Source of the DNA: Candidatus Atabeyarchaeum deiterrae
GTDB taxonomy: Archaea; Asgardarchaeota; Atabeyarchaeia; Atabeyarchaeales; Atabeyarchaeaceae
Length of the DNA: 64,000 nt
Assembly: GCA_037310415.1 (NCBI GenBank)
Contig: CP147780.1
Location: forward strand, 2,656,001-2,720,000
Direction of reading: 5' to 3'
A program made the position numbers and the translations under genes. This document shows, piece after piece, positions 18,911-29,600 of this stretch; the stretch's first letter is position 1, and each line of letters starts with the position of its first letter. The notes below the pieces were generated by a model that made no database searches, had not been told where the DNA came from, and was given only the letters and a program-made list of their open reading frames with translations.

Positions 18911-19705
18911 TTAGTTTGCCGTCTTTCGATGGTTCAGTTTCAGCTCTGGCAATAATCTGAGAAGGGGTATCTCTCGAACTTGTTTTTCAGAGAGCAACCT
19001 CCAGTCTATTCCTGATGGCTTCGGCAGTCTTGTTCCTGTCGCGACCAAGCGTGTCGGAGTGGCGATCAAGTCGACGGGCATATCATGGTTGGGGTCCATG
19101 GGAACCCAAACAACCACCTGAATATCATGTACTGTTGTTGCAATGGGAGTTTCCTTGGTAATACAGTGGAATTCTCTCAAAATGGCGTATTCTAGATCAG
19201 AGTACCCGCCGCCTTTGCCTACCCTACCGCCCTCCATGGTGACCGCTACTGAACCTGTGACCTTGAAATCTACCTTGAGGTTAGCTGGTCCAATATGTTT
19301 CCCGTGTTTGAAAGCTCCTGCTATAGTTGAAGCTTCAGCATAGTGCGTTGGATCGATTTGATGCGGGTCAAGCAAGATGAAATCCTCTTTTAAGCGCGGC
19401 GAAGCCATCACGAGATTTTTATCCTGTCCCAAAACAGCTAGACGAACCCAACGTTGGGGAGAATCTGGGCAGCAGAAAACGGTCTCGGCATTCTTGAAGG
19501 CTTCGGTTTCACATAGTCTTTTGGCGGCTAACCTCGCGTCTGCGAAGTTAGGTATTCTGCCATAGACAGGCATCGGAAAACGGGCTAAATGTGTCTCTTC
19601 CATCTTTGACCAGACGGTCTTGCGTATGTCTTGCTTTTGTCTTTTGATCACTTCTTCATTGGTCATCGACATCTTCTCTCTAGTGGGAATGCGCAACCCT
19701 GTCAT
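18911..19705 (-). CDS. 5-formyltetrahydrofolate cyclo-ligase (MTHFSD-like)
   Basis: GRIPNF, PDSPQ, GSVAV..GGRVGKGGGYSDLEY, TTVHDIQ, HDMPVDLIATP. Confidence 0.9.
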   Translation of the reverse strand: MTGLRIPTREKMSMTNEEVIKRQKQDIRKTVWSKMEETHLARFPMPVYGRIPNFADARLAAKRLCETEAFKNAETVFCCPDSPQRWVRLAVLGQDKNLVMASPRLKEDFILLDPHQIDPTHYAEASTIAGAFKHGKHIGPANLKVDFKVTGSVAVTMEGGRVGKGGGYSDLEYAILREFHCITKETPIATTVHDIQVVVWVPMDPNHDMPVDLIATPTRLVATGTRLPKPSGIDWRLLSEKQVREIPLLRLLPELKLNHRKTAN

Positions 19706-20742
19706 ATTGCAGTCGTTGTCTTTACTAGGCTTCTCGGCACATCGGGGTTTATGCCCTTGGCCACGGCGACATAAGCGGCTAGTAGTTGCAGTGGCACTAT
19801 GTCTATTATTGGAGTTAAGTGGTTCGGCAGTGATGGAGTAGTGATAGTTGAGCCGCCTCGATCTCCGATCGAGATCATACTTGCACCCGTCACCTTGAGG
19901 TCCTCAAGCAATCTCACAGTTGTTTCGTCAAATGGGTGAGAGTTAGTGAATGCAATTACTGAAGTTCTGGGTTCGACCAGTGCTCTTGGACCGTGCCTAA
20001 ACTCTGGTGAACTAAATGCTTCAGCATGCACGAGGGCTGCCTCTTTGAGTTTCAAGCATGCTTCGAGAGCGGTTGCATAGCTGGGTCCTCGTCCGAGAAG
20101 AAAAAGCGCCTTCTGCTCCTTCGTTTCGTCAGCCATTTTTCTGACTTTCTCTTGGGAGGTCTTGATTGTTTCCTCTACAGCTTTGGAGATCTTCATCAAT
20201 GGTGAGTTTGCCTGTTTCTTCCGTCCTAGTGTCTCTGCAATACTAAATAGCGCTGCAAGCAATGCGGTATAGGTTTTTGTCATTGGTATTGCAACCTCTC
20301 TTCCTGCCTTCGTCACAATGGTTGCATCAGCGATCTTGGCGAGCGTGCTTCTTGCCTCATTCGTGACGGACACAACTTTGCATCCATTCTTGGAAGCGGT
20401 CTCGACTGCTGTGAGTACGTCTCCAGTTTCCCCTGATTGGGAGACAGCAATTACGATGTCTCCTTTCTTTTTGGTTTCAAAATCTCTGAAGTCCGATGCA
20501 GAATAAGCAACACTCGGAATACCGGCAGAAGCTAGCAGAGCGTACTTTCCTGCAATTGATGCATAGTGAGATGTGCCTGAACCAATCAGGAAAATCGTTC
20601 CGCGGTTCTTGTCCAGTTTTTCCTCAATCAGTTCTCTGACTGGTTCGGCTTGTCGTAATGAAGACTCAATTGTGTCTCGGGTGGTTTGTGGCTGCTCCTT
20701 GATCTCACGCAACATGTTTAGTCCAGTTATCTCCACTGTCAA
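19702..20742 (-). CDS. Double-SIS-domain sugar-phosphate isomerase/deaminase (GlmS C-terminal-like)
   Basis: EIKEQP, GSGTS, SQSGET, EACLKLKE, EFRHGP, GINPDVPRSLVK. Confidence 0.9.
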   Translation of the reverse strand: MTVEITGLNMLREIKEQPQTTRDTIESSLRQAEPVRELIEEKLDKNRGTIFLIGSGTSHYASIAGKYALLASAGIPSVAYSASDFRDFETKKKGDIVIAVSQSGETGDVLTAVETASKNGCKVVSVTNEARSTLAKIADATIVTKAGREVAIPMTKTYTALLAALFSIAETLGRKKQANSPLMKISKAVEETIKTSQEKVRKMADETKEQKALFLLGRGPSYATALEACLKLKEAALVHAEAFSSPEFRHGPRALVEPRTSVIAFTNSHPFDETTVRLLEDLKVTGASMISIGDRGGSTITTPSLPNHLTPIIDIVPLQLLAAYVAVAKGINPDVPRSLVKTTTAI

Positions 20743-20755
20743 CCGTTAAGCCTCC

Positions 20756-22048
20756 TTACCTACACCAAGCTATTATTATTCCGCATAACAGTTTAGTAGC
20801 GTCTATGAGTTCTTGAATTTCGACATACTCATCTAATTGATGAGCTGATTTTTCCATGTCTCCTGGACCGAACATTACTGCAGGAGTTTTGTGGCTATTC
20901 AGATGATACATGTCACTCCACCCCTGGAATCCAGCAACTTGAGGGGTACGCCCACCAAAGAGCATTGTGTAGACTTCTTTGATTGTTGATAACAAAGGGT
21001 GGTCGCCTGCAATACTTGAGGGTGGCAAATCATAGAGGAACTCTACTTTTGGTGGATGTAGCTTCATCCAGGGATCTTTGTTCGATGCGTTCAGAATCCA
21101 GTTCTCTACTTGCTCCTTAACTTTTGAACCTGCGCCCTCTTGATCAACTTCGCTCGGTAAGTATTTTACATCTATATCTATCGATGCCTTAGGTGGAACG
21201 ATGTTCACCTGGTCGCCAGCTTGGAATTTTCCAGCTAGGATGGTTGGTTTTTCAAGTAGGGGGTGAGGTTCAACGTGGTCCTTTCTCCACTGCTCCAGCA
21301 GTGACAGTTGTTTGAGAATCTCAACTCCTTTATCTAGGGCACTTACGCCCTCGTCTTTTCGCGATGCGTGGGCAGCCTTTCCGGTTATCTCTATGTGTCC
21401 TATCAAGACTCCTCTGTGCGCGGAGCATATCTTTAGCTTCGTGGGTTCAGCAATAATGGCTGCGTCGGCAGAGTATCCTTTTGCCGCGCATGATAAGCTG
21501 CCATTCCCTCCTCCTTCCTCGTCCACCACACTTTCAAAGATAACTTTCCCTTGAATCCCTCCGACAGCTCGTGCGAACTTTGCTGCCATGAGCATTGCTA
21601 TTAACCCGCTCTTCATGTCGGCTGCACCTCTGCCATAGATCTTGCCTTCATCGATCTCCCCGCCGAAGGGATTATAATGCCAGAGGTCACGTGGACCTGA
21701 GGTAACAGTGTCGATGTGTCCGTTCAGAATGAGTGATCTTCCATTACCGCTTCCGAGGGTTCCAATGACGTTTGGGCGTCCAGCATATCTTTTACTCCAA
21801 TTTACCGGTGGCACATATCCCTTGAGTCGGCTTAGCGTTTCCTCGTCTGGTTCAAACGAGACTATGTCTTTGAATCCTATTTCGCTTAGTATCTTGATGA
21901 GGTATTCTTGTCCTTGTCCCTCTTTTCCAACTCTTTGTGGTGGGTTGTTTGTAGTGTCGATTCTTATGAGATCTCTGAGAATCTCAATAATCTCCCGCTT
22001 GTTCTTCTCGGTCTCTTTGAAGGCTTTCAGAACAATATCCTTGAACAT
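20756..22048 (-). CDS. M20 family metallopeptidase/deacylase (ArgE/DapE)
   Basis: LNGHIDTV, GRGAADMKSG, DEE, GKAAHAS, AHQLDEY. Confidence 0.92.
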   Translation of the reverse strand: MFKDIVLKAFKETEKNKREIIEILRDLIRIDTTNNPPQRVGKEGQGQEYLIKILSEIGFKDIVSFEPDEETLSRLKGYVPPVNWSKRYAGRPNVIGTLGSGNGRSLILNGHIDTVTSGPRDLWHYNPFGGEIDEGKIYGRGAADMKSGLIAMLMAAKFARAVGGIQGKVIFESVVDEEGGGNGSLSCAAKGYSADAAIIAEPTKLKICSAHRGVLIGHIEITGKAAHASRKDEGVSALDKGVEILKQLSLLEQWRKDHVEPHPLLEKPTILAGKFQAGDQVNIVPPKASIDIDVKYLPSEVDQEGAGSKVKEQVENWILNASNKDPWMKLHPPKVEFLYDLPPSSIAGDHPLLSTIKEVYTMLFGGRTPQVAGFQGWSDMYHLNSHKTPAVMFGPGDMEKSAHQLDEYVEIQELIDATKLLCGIIIAWCR

Positions 22049-22183
22049 ATAATATCACTCAACTTCCCTTCTGAACGAGGTTGAAAAAGAAAAAGGGAGA
22101 AAGAGTTTGAGACGATTGAACTCGAACACATCAAAATGTGAACCATGATTCAGAAGATAGAAAACGAAGATAGAAAAAGGCCA

Positions 22184-23134
22184 TTATAGTTCACTAGGAG
22201 TCTCTACGAGGGTCGCTGTAACCTTCCCCTTTTGCTGACCGCGCACAATTGTCATTGTGACCTCTTCGCCAACGTTCTTGCTTCCCAGATACTCGATAAG
22301 AGCGGACATGGATTTCAACTCAGAGTTGTCCACCGCTGTTATCACGTCGCCAGCCGCTATGTCTGCTTCGTCAGCAGGACCTCGACGGAACACTCTTACC
22401 ACAAGGATGCCTTTTGATACGCTAAGTCCATAGTAGTTTGCTATGCTGGAGTTAACATCCACGCCCACAAGGCCAAGCCAAGGCTTCATGTATGAGCCAT
22501 ACTTCAAGACTCTGTCGAGAACTCCCTTCGCAGAGTTGATAGGTATCGCGAATCCTATGCCTTGAGCGAAGGGGATGATCGCAGTGTTAATGGCTATTAC
22601 TTTTCCATTGATGTCGATGAGTGGACCCCCGCTGTTGCCTGGGTTTATCGCTGCGTCTGTCTGCACAAGGTTTTCAAGGCTTCCTCTATCAGATTGAATG
22701 GTTCTTGCTACGGCACTTATGACTCCCTTAGTCACAGTGGCTCCTCCAGTGAGACGGAATGGGACGCCAACAGCAATCGCGGTTTGACCAATCCTTAATT
22801 TATCTGAGTCGCCAAGCTCAGCTGCAGGCAAACCACGAGAATCAACCTTTATTACCGCAATGTCGATCCCAGGATCCTCTCCAACAACCTTTCCGTCTAG
22901 TTGCTTACCATCTTGGAACATGATCTGTATTCGTCTTGCTCCGCTTATGACGTGTCTACTAGTGAGCACATAACCTTTTGAGTCGACAATTAAGCCCGAG
23001 CCTACGCCCTCAACAGGATGGGCCCTGAAGAAGTAGTCTTCAACAAGCTGGACAGTACTTACCATGACTACACTCGGCAGGATTCTATCAGATGCCTTTA
23101 CCACCAAATCCTCTTCTGACAATTTCCAACTCAC
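22184..23134 (-). CDS. htrA: HtrA/DegP-like serine protease with PDZ domain
   Basis: GSGLIV, TSRHV, DIAVIK, QTDAAINPGNSGGPL, C-terminal PDZ (GPADEADIAAGDVI). Confidence 0.92.
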   Translation of the reverse strand: MSWKLSEEDLVVKASDRILPSVVMVSTVQLVEDYFFRAHPVEGVGSGLIVDSKGYVLTSRHVISGARRIQIMFQDGKQLDGKVVGEDPGIDIAVIKVDSRGLPAAELGDSDKLRIGQTAIAVGVPFRLTGGATVTKGVISAVARTIQSDRGSLENLVQTDAAINPGNSGGPLIDINGKVIAINTAIIPFAQGIGFAIPINSAKGVLDRVLKYGSYMKPWLGLVGVDVNSSIANYYGLSVSKGILVVRVFRRGPADEADIAAGDVITAVDNSELKSMSALIEYLGSKNVGEEVTMTIVRGQQKGKVTATLVETPSEL

Positions 23135-23432
23135 TCCTCGCAGCTCTTGAAGTCTTCTGATGATTCTTATTCATTGAGTTCTGTCTTGTGTTCTTTATAA
23201 TAAATGTTTCTCGAGAATTGAAATTTGAAGGCCACTGCTCTAGGTCGTTGCATTGCATCCTTTTGATCAATGCCGCGACAACTCTTCTCTCGATGGACTC
23301 GTACACTATTCAACTCGGGAAATTGATTGCACGGTGTCGCTGCGATAGATGTATATATATTTGAATGCGATCAAGATGATTGGCTGGAAGCCGCAGGTCT
23401 TCCTGATAGAACGCTTCAAGGTGAGAATCCTC

Positions 23433-24974
23433 TTGCTCTACAGCGAGAAGGTCATGGATCATTTTAGGAACCCGCGTAACGTGGGAGAAATCAAGGACGC
23501 CGACGGAATAGGCAAGGTTGGAAACCCCGTATGTCTACTTCCCAATGAAATGATAAACTCCAATGGAGAATTTTCAACCATAAGCACGATCCTTGAGAAG
23601 GAGAGAGTGTTAAGTCATACAGGGCAGTATAGCAACGTAGTGGCAAAGTCTGGAAGAGACCATATTGGGGACATAGTCACCCTGAAGAACAAACTTGGAA
23701 CAGTCTCCCTGACGCCAGATCATCTTGTTTTGTCAACAAGGCTTCCTAAGGGTGACAGGTTCCTTAGGACCAAGGACAAGAGAACCTTGAATCATGGTTG
23801 GTATCATGCTGGTGACCTTAAGAGGGGAGACATAGCGCTATACCCCATCCTGCAGTCGACGAAGGATGTTGACTCTCTTGAAATGGATGTTCCAAGACTG
23901 CAGCACGACTTCAAGAGCAAGGAGATACCGAACAGAATCCCGATAGACGGCGATTTCTTGCGACTTTGCGGCTACTTCCTAGCTGAAGGATACACCAAGG
24001 ACAAGCCATCGAAAACGTTTATTGGTTTCACCTTGAATCTCAAAGAGAAAGATATTGCTGAAGACATTAAGGGTATCACCGCAAAGCTGTGGAATATTGA
24101 ATGTAGCATCAAGGAGAAACCTATGAAGAGAACCCTTGAAGTATTCATTTACAATGCTACTTTGGCACGATTCTTCAGAAAAATGTTCGGCTCTCATGCT
24201 GAGAACAAGAAGATGCCTCACTTCATGACGTTGCTACCGCTGGAGAAACAGAAAGAATTGATTCGAGGGCTATGGAAGGGCGATGGTTACGTTAGTCTCA
24301 CAAGAGAGAGTCCTAGGGCAGGGTACTCTACGATATCGTACCAACTCGCACAGCAAATGAAAACACTATTGATGAGACAGAGGATTACTCAATCCTTCTA
24401 CAGCGAACCAGAGAAAGTCAAGGACGATGTCAAACACAAAAAGAACTATAGACTCCACGTAGGTGACAAAGAATCGTTGTGGAGACTGTGTGCGATCCTC
24501 GGAATCGATTTTCACCACGCTAAATCAGAGAAAATCCATTCATGGTTTGACAACAATTACTTCTACACACCAATAACATATGTTGGAACAAGAAATGTCA
24601 GTACTAAAGTCTACAATCTTGAGGTTGAGGACACCCACTCTTTTGCGACTGATGCTTTTTGCCTCCACAATTGCGGAGACTTGATGTGGATCTACATCAA
24701 AGTCAGCAAGGATGCTAATGGCGTGGAGAGACTATCAGACATAAGATTCAAGACTTTTGGATGTGGTGCTGCGATAGCTACAAGCAGCATGATAACGGAA
24801 TTGGCTAGAGGGAAAACTCTTGAGGAAGCCATGAAGATTACTCGCGAGGATGTTGCAACGAGTTTGGATGGGCTTCCGCCTATCAAGATGCATTGTAGTA
24901 ATCTCGCGGCAGATGGATTGAGAGCTGCCATCGAAGACTACTTGAAGAAGAAGCAAGCTACACAAAAGAAATAG
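23433..24974 (+). CDS. iscU: Fe-S cluster scaffold IscU/NifU-N, intein-containing (133 aa after splicing)
   Basis: YSEKVMDHFRNPRNVG...VGNPV|CGDLM...FKTFGCGAAIATSS...LPPIKMHCSNLA; TTG start after GGTGAG. Confidence 0.92.
   Translation: MLYSEKVMDHFRNPRNVGEIKDADGIGKVGNPVCLLPNEMINSNGEFSTISTILEKERVLSHTGQYSNVVAKSGRDHIGDIVTLKNKLGTVSLTPDHLVLSTRLPKGDRFLRTKDKRTLNHGWYHAGDLKRGDIALYPILQSTKDVDSLEMDVPRLQHDFKSKEIPNRIPIDGDFLRLCGYFLAEGYTKDKPSKTFIGFTLNLKEKDIAEDIKGITAKLWNIECSIKEKPMKRTLEVFIYNATLARFFRKMFGSHAENKKMPHFMTLLPLEKQKELIRGLWKGDGYVSLTRESPRAGYSTISYQLAQQMKTLLMRQRITQSFYSEPEKVKDDVKHKKNYRLHVGDKESLWRLCAILGIDFHHAKSEKIHSWFDNNYFYTPITYVGTRNVSTKVYNLEVEDTHSFATDAFCLHNCGDLMWIYIKVSKDANGVERLSDIRFKTFGCGAAIATSSMITELARGKTLEEAMKITREDVATSLDGLPPIKMHCSNLAADGLRAAIEDYLKKKQATQKK
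23532..24671 (+). mobile_element. Intein (380 aa) with LAGLIDADG homing endonuclease
   Basis: Starts CLLP; block B LTPDHLV; LAGLIDADG blocks LCGYFLAEG and LIRGLWKGDG; ends VYNLEVEDTHSF...LHN followed by Cys+1. Confidence 0.95.
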
Positions 24975-25015
24975 ATAGGACTTGCGTTTTCAAGTGTTCT
25001 GCCTAGTGAACCCCG

Positions 25016-26071
25016 TTAGCTTGCCTTAAGATATTCTGTGATTTCATCGTAGAGTCTTTGAGCTTCTTCTGTGTTCTTCGCTCCCTTGATGAGCATGTTG
25101 CCTCCTCTCATGAGACTAATGGATATGTTATCTCCAACGGTTAGCGTTAGCCCATAGCTTGCAACAAGCTTTACTTTGTACTTCCTGCTTAGAATCTTAC
25201 CCGCTTCCGCGATGTTTATTGAGGTTTGTCGTTGTGGGGTTACCATGAAGGATTCTCTTCCACAGAGTTCAGATATGCTTCCGCCTTTTTTGTGTTCAAC
25301 TTGAGTTGCTAACGCCTTTCTTGGTTCTGACCCGCAGGCTGTGCAGTCCTTCCTCCTTGCCACCTCGAAAATATCGAAATTAAGAGAATTGAGGTCACAA
25401 TATAGGATTTTGTTTGAGAGTAGAGGTTCTTTTCCCAAGATCATTCTCAGAGTCTCGTTGACTTGTATGCTTGCAATGATGTTTATTATGGGCGGTATGA
25501 CTCCAACTCTCTCACAAGTTGGGAGAACCGCATCATCAGCATTGCGAAACAGGCATTCCAGACACGGAGTCTGGCTTGGAATTATTGTGGTAGCGTTGCC
25601 ATATGTTTCAATTGCTCCCCCGAACACGTATGGTATCTTGAGCTTCACGCAAGCCTTGTTTATCGCAAACCTCGGCAGGAATCTGTCAAGAGCGTCAACG
25701 ACGATATCCACACCTCTCAAAAGACTCTCGGCATTGTCCTCACTCACAGACGCGGCTATGGGTTCAATCCTTATCTCAGGATTCAAGGCTTGAAGTTTCT
25801 TTGCGGCAATTTCGACTTTCGGGTATCCGATTGAGTTGGCATCGTAGATGAGCTGTCTCTGAAGATTTGTCAGCTCTACGACGTCCCTGTCGATTATCCT
25901 TAGGTATCCGACTCCGATACCGGCCAATTGAAGAGACGAGACTGATCCAAGTCCTCCCACTCCGACGACACAGACTTTCGCAGACTTCACTCTAAGCTGA
26001 CCCTCAGTACCAAAGTCCCGCAGTGCTATTTGGCGAGAGTAACGCTCGAGCTCATTCTTGCTCAGGGGCAA
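25016..26071 (-). CDS. moeB: ThiF/MoeB/E1-like adenylyltransferase with C-terminal extension
   Basis: RYSRQ, GVGGLGS, DRDVVELTNLQRQ, PCLECL, CTACG. Confidence 0.88.
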   Translation of the reverse strand: MPLSKNELERYSRQIALRDFGTEGQLRVKSAKVCVVGVGGLGSVSSLQLAGIGVGYLRIIDRDVVELTNLQRQLIYDANSIGYPKVEIAAKKLQALNPEIRIEPIAASVSEDNAESLLRGVDIVVDALDRFLPRFAINKACVKLKIPYVFGGAIETYGNATTIIPSQTPCLECLFRNADDAVLPTCERVGVIPPIINIIASIQVNETLRMILGKEPLLSNKILYCDLNSLNFDIFEVARRKDCTACGSEPRKALATQVEHKKGGSISELCGRESFMVTPQRQTSINIAEAGKILSRKYKVKLVASYGLTLTVGDNISISLMRGGNMLIKGAKNTEEAQRLYDEITEYLKAS

Positions 26072-26104
26072 GACTTATTCACCTATCGGGTTGATTGACG
26101 CAAG

Positions 26105-26680
26105 TTACTCCTGTGAATTCCATCTTTCAAAGAGTTTATGCCCAATGCCCAACACATCGAGCACCTTTCCAATCGTATAGTTGATCATCTCATCGATGGT
26201 CTTGGGTTTATAATAGAACGCTGGAATAGGTGGCAGTATGATGGCGCCTGCCTTCGAAAGTGTCAACATGTTTCTCAAATGGATAGTGTTCAGCGGTGTC
26301 TCCCTCGGAACAATAACCAGTCTCCTTCTTTCCTTCAGAACAACGTCTGCTGCTCGTGCTATTAGGTTGTCCGAATAACCGCTGGCTATTGCAGCCAAAG
26401 TTTTCATTGAACATGGAATTATGATCATTCCGTCCGTCAGAAATGAACCGCTGGCTATTGGAGCGGCAAGGTTTTCAGGCTCAAAATGAAATGTAGCTTT
26501 TTTTGATAGTGAATCAGAAGTGGCTGAGGTTTCCAACTCAAGGAGTTTCTTTGCTACTTCGCTTATCACCAGATATGTTTCAATATTGTCTTGATGTTCG
26601 TGCAGGTACTCAACCATTCTTACTCCGTAGATTACCCCTGTAGTGCCTGTTATGCCTATGATCAACTTCCTATTCGCCAA
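26105..26680 (-). CDS. ubiX: Flavin prenyltransferase UbiX
   Basis: GITG..GVIYG, IASGSF, PCSMKTL, RAADVVLKERR, PRETPL. Confidence 0.93.
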   Translation of the reverse strand: MANRKLIIGITGTTGVIYGVRMVEYLHEHQDNIETYLVISEVAKKLLELETSATSDSLSKKATFHFEPENLAAPIASGSFLTDGMIIIPCSMKTLAAIASGYSDNLIARAADVVLKERRRLVIVPRETPLNTIHLRNMLTLSKAGAIILPPIPAFYYKPKTIDEMINYTIGKVLDVLGIGHKLFERWNSQE

Positions 26681-26728
26681 CTAAGGCAATCCCCCATATT
26701 TGCGTCATTGCCGTACGTTTGTGACGAG

Positions 26729-27253
26729 TTATTGCTCAGAACCCCACTTGAAGTCTCCGTATTTGTTGAAGTGAGCCACAAGTCCCCCGTCTTCAAATAT
26801 CCTCCTGAGGAAGGGAGACATAGGTTTGATTGACCATGATTCACCAGTTCTGAGGTGTTTAATGGTTCCAGCAGATGCGTCAATGACTATCGTATCTCCT
26901 TCCAGAGTGTCGGTATAAGCCTCGTTACACTCGAAGATTGGAAATGCGATGTTAATTGAATTTCGATAGAATATTCTTGCAAATGACCTTGCCACAACTG
27001 ATGCCACTCCAAATTCCTTGAGAACGTGGGGAGCTTGCTCCCTACTAGAACCGCAACCGAAGTTTCTCCCTGCAACAATTATGTCGCCCCGTTTTGCCAT
27101 TTTCGTGAAGCTTGGATCTGCGCCTTCCATTGCGTGTTGAGATAATCCAGCCATGTCAACGGTGCCCAACTTGTATTTTGCAGGAATTATCTCATCTGTG
27201 TTGACATTGTCTCCAAACTTCCAGATCTTTCCTTTTATGCTGGTGAGTGGCAT
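26729..27253 (-). CDS. leuD: 3-isopropylmalate/homoaconitate dehydratase small subunit
   Basis: FGDNVNTDEIIP, NFGCGSSREQAP, SFARIFYRN; LeuD vs HacB not resolvable. Confidence 0.85.
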   Translation of the reverse strand: MPLTSIKGKIWKFGDNVNTDEIIPAKYKLGTVDMAGLSQHAMEGADPSFTKMAKRGDIIVAGRNFGCGSSREQAPHVLKEFGVASVVARSFARIFYRNSINIAFPIFECNEAYTDTLEGDTIVIDASAGTIKHLRTGESWSIKPMSPFLRRIFEDGGLVAHFNKYGDFKWGSEQ

Positions 27254-27255
27254 CT

Positions 27256-28512
27256 CTATCTTACCTCTCTTGGATCAGTTATTTTGCCTTTCAGCGCTGA
27301 CGCAGCAGCAGTCGCTGGGGAGCACAGGTAAATGGAAGCGTCGGCGCAACCCATTCTTCCTTTGAAGTTCCGATTTGAAGTCGAGAGACAAACCTCTCCA
27401 GGCGCAAGCACACCCATGTGATCCCCGATGCATGGACCGCATCCAGGGTTGCACACGGTGCATCCTGCCTCGGCGAACGTCTTCAGCAACCCTTTCTCTG
27501 CTGCCTGAATGTAAACCTCTCTCGTCCCGGGAATAACGAGTACTCTGACATCCTTCTTTACTTTCTTACCTCGAAGGATTCTGGCAGCTATTTCCAAGTC
27601 TTCGATTGCGCCGTTTGTGCATGATCCCAAGAAGACTTGATTGATTTCTACGTTTCCTATTTCTGAGATCGGTTTTACATTGTCAACATTATGGGGACAG
27701 GCGACTTGAGGCTCGAGATTGCTTAAGGGGAACTCTCTCTCATCTTCATATTCTGCGTCGCTGTCGCTTGTAACCAACTCATATCCATTGCCACGCGAGT
27801 GGGACTTTAGATAATTCACGGCGGTCCTGTCTGGAGAGACTAACCCAGCTTTGGCACCCATTTCCACTGCCATGTTACAGAGTGTTGCTCTGCCGTCAAC
27901 ACTTATGCTTGAAGTGTATGCGCCAGTAAATTCTATGGATTTGTAGGTCGCACCATCTGCCCCTATGTTGCCTACAATATGCAGAATTGCATCTTTGGGC
28001 GTCACCATTCTGTGAGGAGTTCCAGTTAAGTTGAATCTGACCGTTTCGGGAACCTTGAACCAAAGTCTTCCAGAAATCATTGTTGCGGCTGCCTCGGTCG
28101 AACCGATCCCTGTTGAGAACGCCCCGACGGCGCCATATGTGCAAGTATGAGAATCGGCGCCAACAATAAGCATGCCCGGTGAAGCATAGCTCTCTAGCAT
28201 CACTCTATGACAAACTCCGTCTCCAACATCATAGAAGTTCAGTATGCCTTGTTCATATGCGAATCTCCTGATGACGTTGTGAGTTGCTGAGATTTCCTCG
28301 TTGTAGCTTGGGGTGGCGTGGTCAATGAAAAGCACGATCCTTTCTGAGTTCCAGACTCTTCTTCCGCCCATGTCTTTGAAGAATTTTATGGCAAGCGGTG
28401 CTGTTCCATCGTTTGCCATAATATAATCAACGTTAGCAACAACAATGTCCCCTACTGAGACCGCTTTTCCTGATGCTCTTTCAAGTATTTTCTGTGAGAT
28501 TGTTTTCCCCAA
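27256..28512 (-). CDS. leuC: 3-isopropylmalate/homoaconitate dehydratase large subunit
   Basis: GADSHTCT, CNMAVEMGAK, GSCTNG, CGPCIG, STSNRNF; LeuC vs HacA not resolvable. Confidence 0.88.
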   Translation of the reverse strand: MGKTISQKILERASGKAVSVGDIVVANVDYIMANDGTAPLAIKFFKDMGGRRVWNSERIVLFIDHATPSYNEEISATHNVIRRFAYEQGILNFYDVGDGVCHRVMLESYASPGMLIVGADSHTCTYGAVGAFSTGIGSTEAAATMISGRLWFKVPETVRFNLTGTPHRMVTPKDAILHIVGNIGADGATYKSIEFTGAYTSSISVDGRATLCNMAVEMGAKAGLVSPDRTAVNYLKSHSRGNGYELVTSDSDAEYEDEREFPLSNLEPQVACPHNVDNVKPISEIGNVEINQVFLGSCTNGAIEDLEIAARILRGKKVKKDVRVLVIPGTREVYIQAAEKGLLKTFAEAGCTVCNPGCGPCIGDHMGVLAPGEVCLSTSNRNFKGRMGCADASIYLCSPATAAASALKGKITDPREVR

Positions 28513-28830
28513 GCCGCGTACACCAATCTTGATTCTATCTAACTATGGTAAAAACACTCTTCGCTATAATAAGCATGAGCATGTGTAGAAAGTATCTCCG
28601 TTCTCAAGCTAGTTGCAGGTCTTCTTGCATAGTTGACAGGCTTCCCTTTGGAGGGCTTTTCTAGGATGCAATATAATGGAGACTCTTCGATTATTCTGCT
28701 TTTATGCCACATACATCAACTGAGACGGTATTCTCAGTAAAAGCAAGTTCTCTGATTCTCGAGCCCTAGTCTTTAATACGAGAACAGCTACAATTGTCTA
28801 CAGACGTTATACTTTTAGGAGAAGATAAGA

Positions 28831-29376
28831 ATGGCTGAATCAGTGAAACAGTTCTTTGTTGGATTTCTGCACCCACGAACCTGGATCGCAGCAATATTAG
28901 CACTAGTAGTGTCGGCAGTTGTTGGACTAGCGATAGGAGGGTGGCTAATTGACACTCTGACAGGGCTAAGCCTCTCGCCAGCGCTCATAGGCGAACTCAA
29001 AGGGATAGCTCTTGGAGTCTTCTTCGTTATCCTCAATGTGTACACGGCCCTATCGTTAGGTAGCATCATACCTTTAGTGATGGTAATCGTTTCGGGCTTC
29101 ATAGCTGGACTGGTCTTCGCTCTCGTTTCGAAAAAAGAGAGAGTTGCAGCTAAGAGCATCATTGGTGGCCTGAACATTGCTGTCATATACTTAGTTATCG
29201 TCGTCATCTCATTTGTCGTATGGGTCTTTGGTCTCTCAGGAGGCGCCATCGGAGTTTACAATGCAGCCGTCGCAATCTTGCAAGCCGCGTACTTGGACGT
29301 TCTTGTGACTTTCCTTATTATCTGGTGGGTGTCAGCATTTGTGTCGATGATAGTTCTGTCCGCGAAACACGGCTAG
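28831..29376 (+). CDS. Hypothetical membrane protein
   Basis: About five hydrophobic helices; AGGAG RBS. Confidence 0.7.
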   Translation: MAESVKQFFVGFLHPRTWIAAILALVVSAVVGLAIGGWLIDTLTGLSLSPALIGELKGIALGVFFVILNVYTALSLGSIIPLVMVIVSGFIAGLVFALVSKKERVAAKSIIGGLNIAVIYLVIVVISFVVWVFGLSGGAIGVYNAAVAILQAAYLDVLVTFLIIWWVSAFVSMIVLSAKHG

Positions 29377-29600
29377 GACAGCGTCGAATTTATGGGGGGA
29401 ATTGAAGCCACTAATCCCTCCCTACTTTTTGTCAAGGCAATGCCAGTCTGGCGTTTGAACTTGCGCATTTTGATCATGTTGCCAACTGGTGACATTGCCA
29501 CATCTGATTATGAGAGCACGGGTTAGAGGTGTATGCGTGTAAGTATGTTAAAAGAGCAGATGAGTCCAGTTTAGAGTCCAAGGAGCAAGAAAGCAATCCG

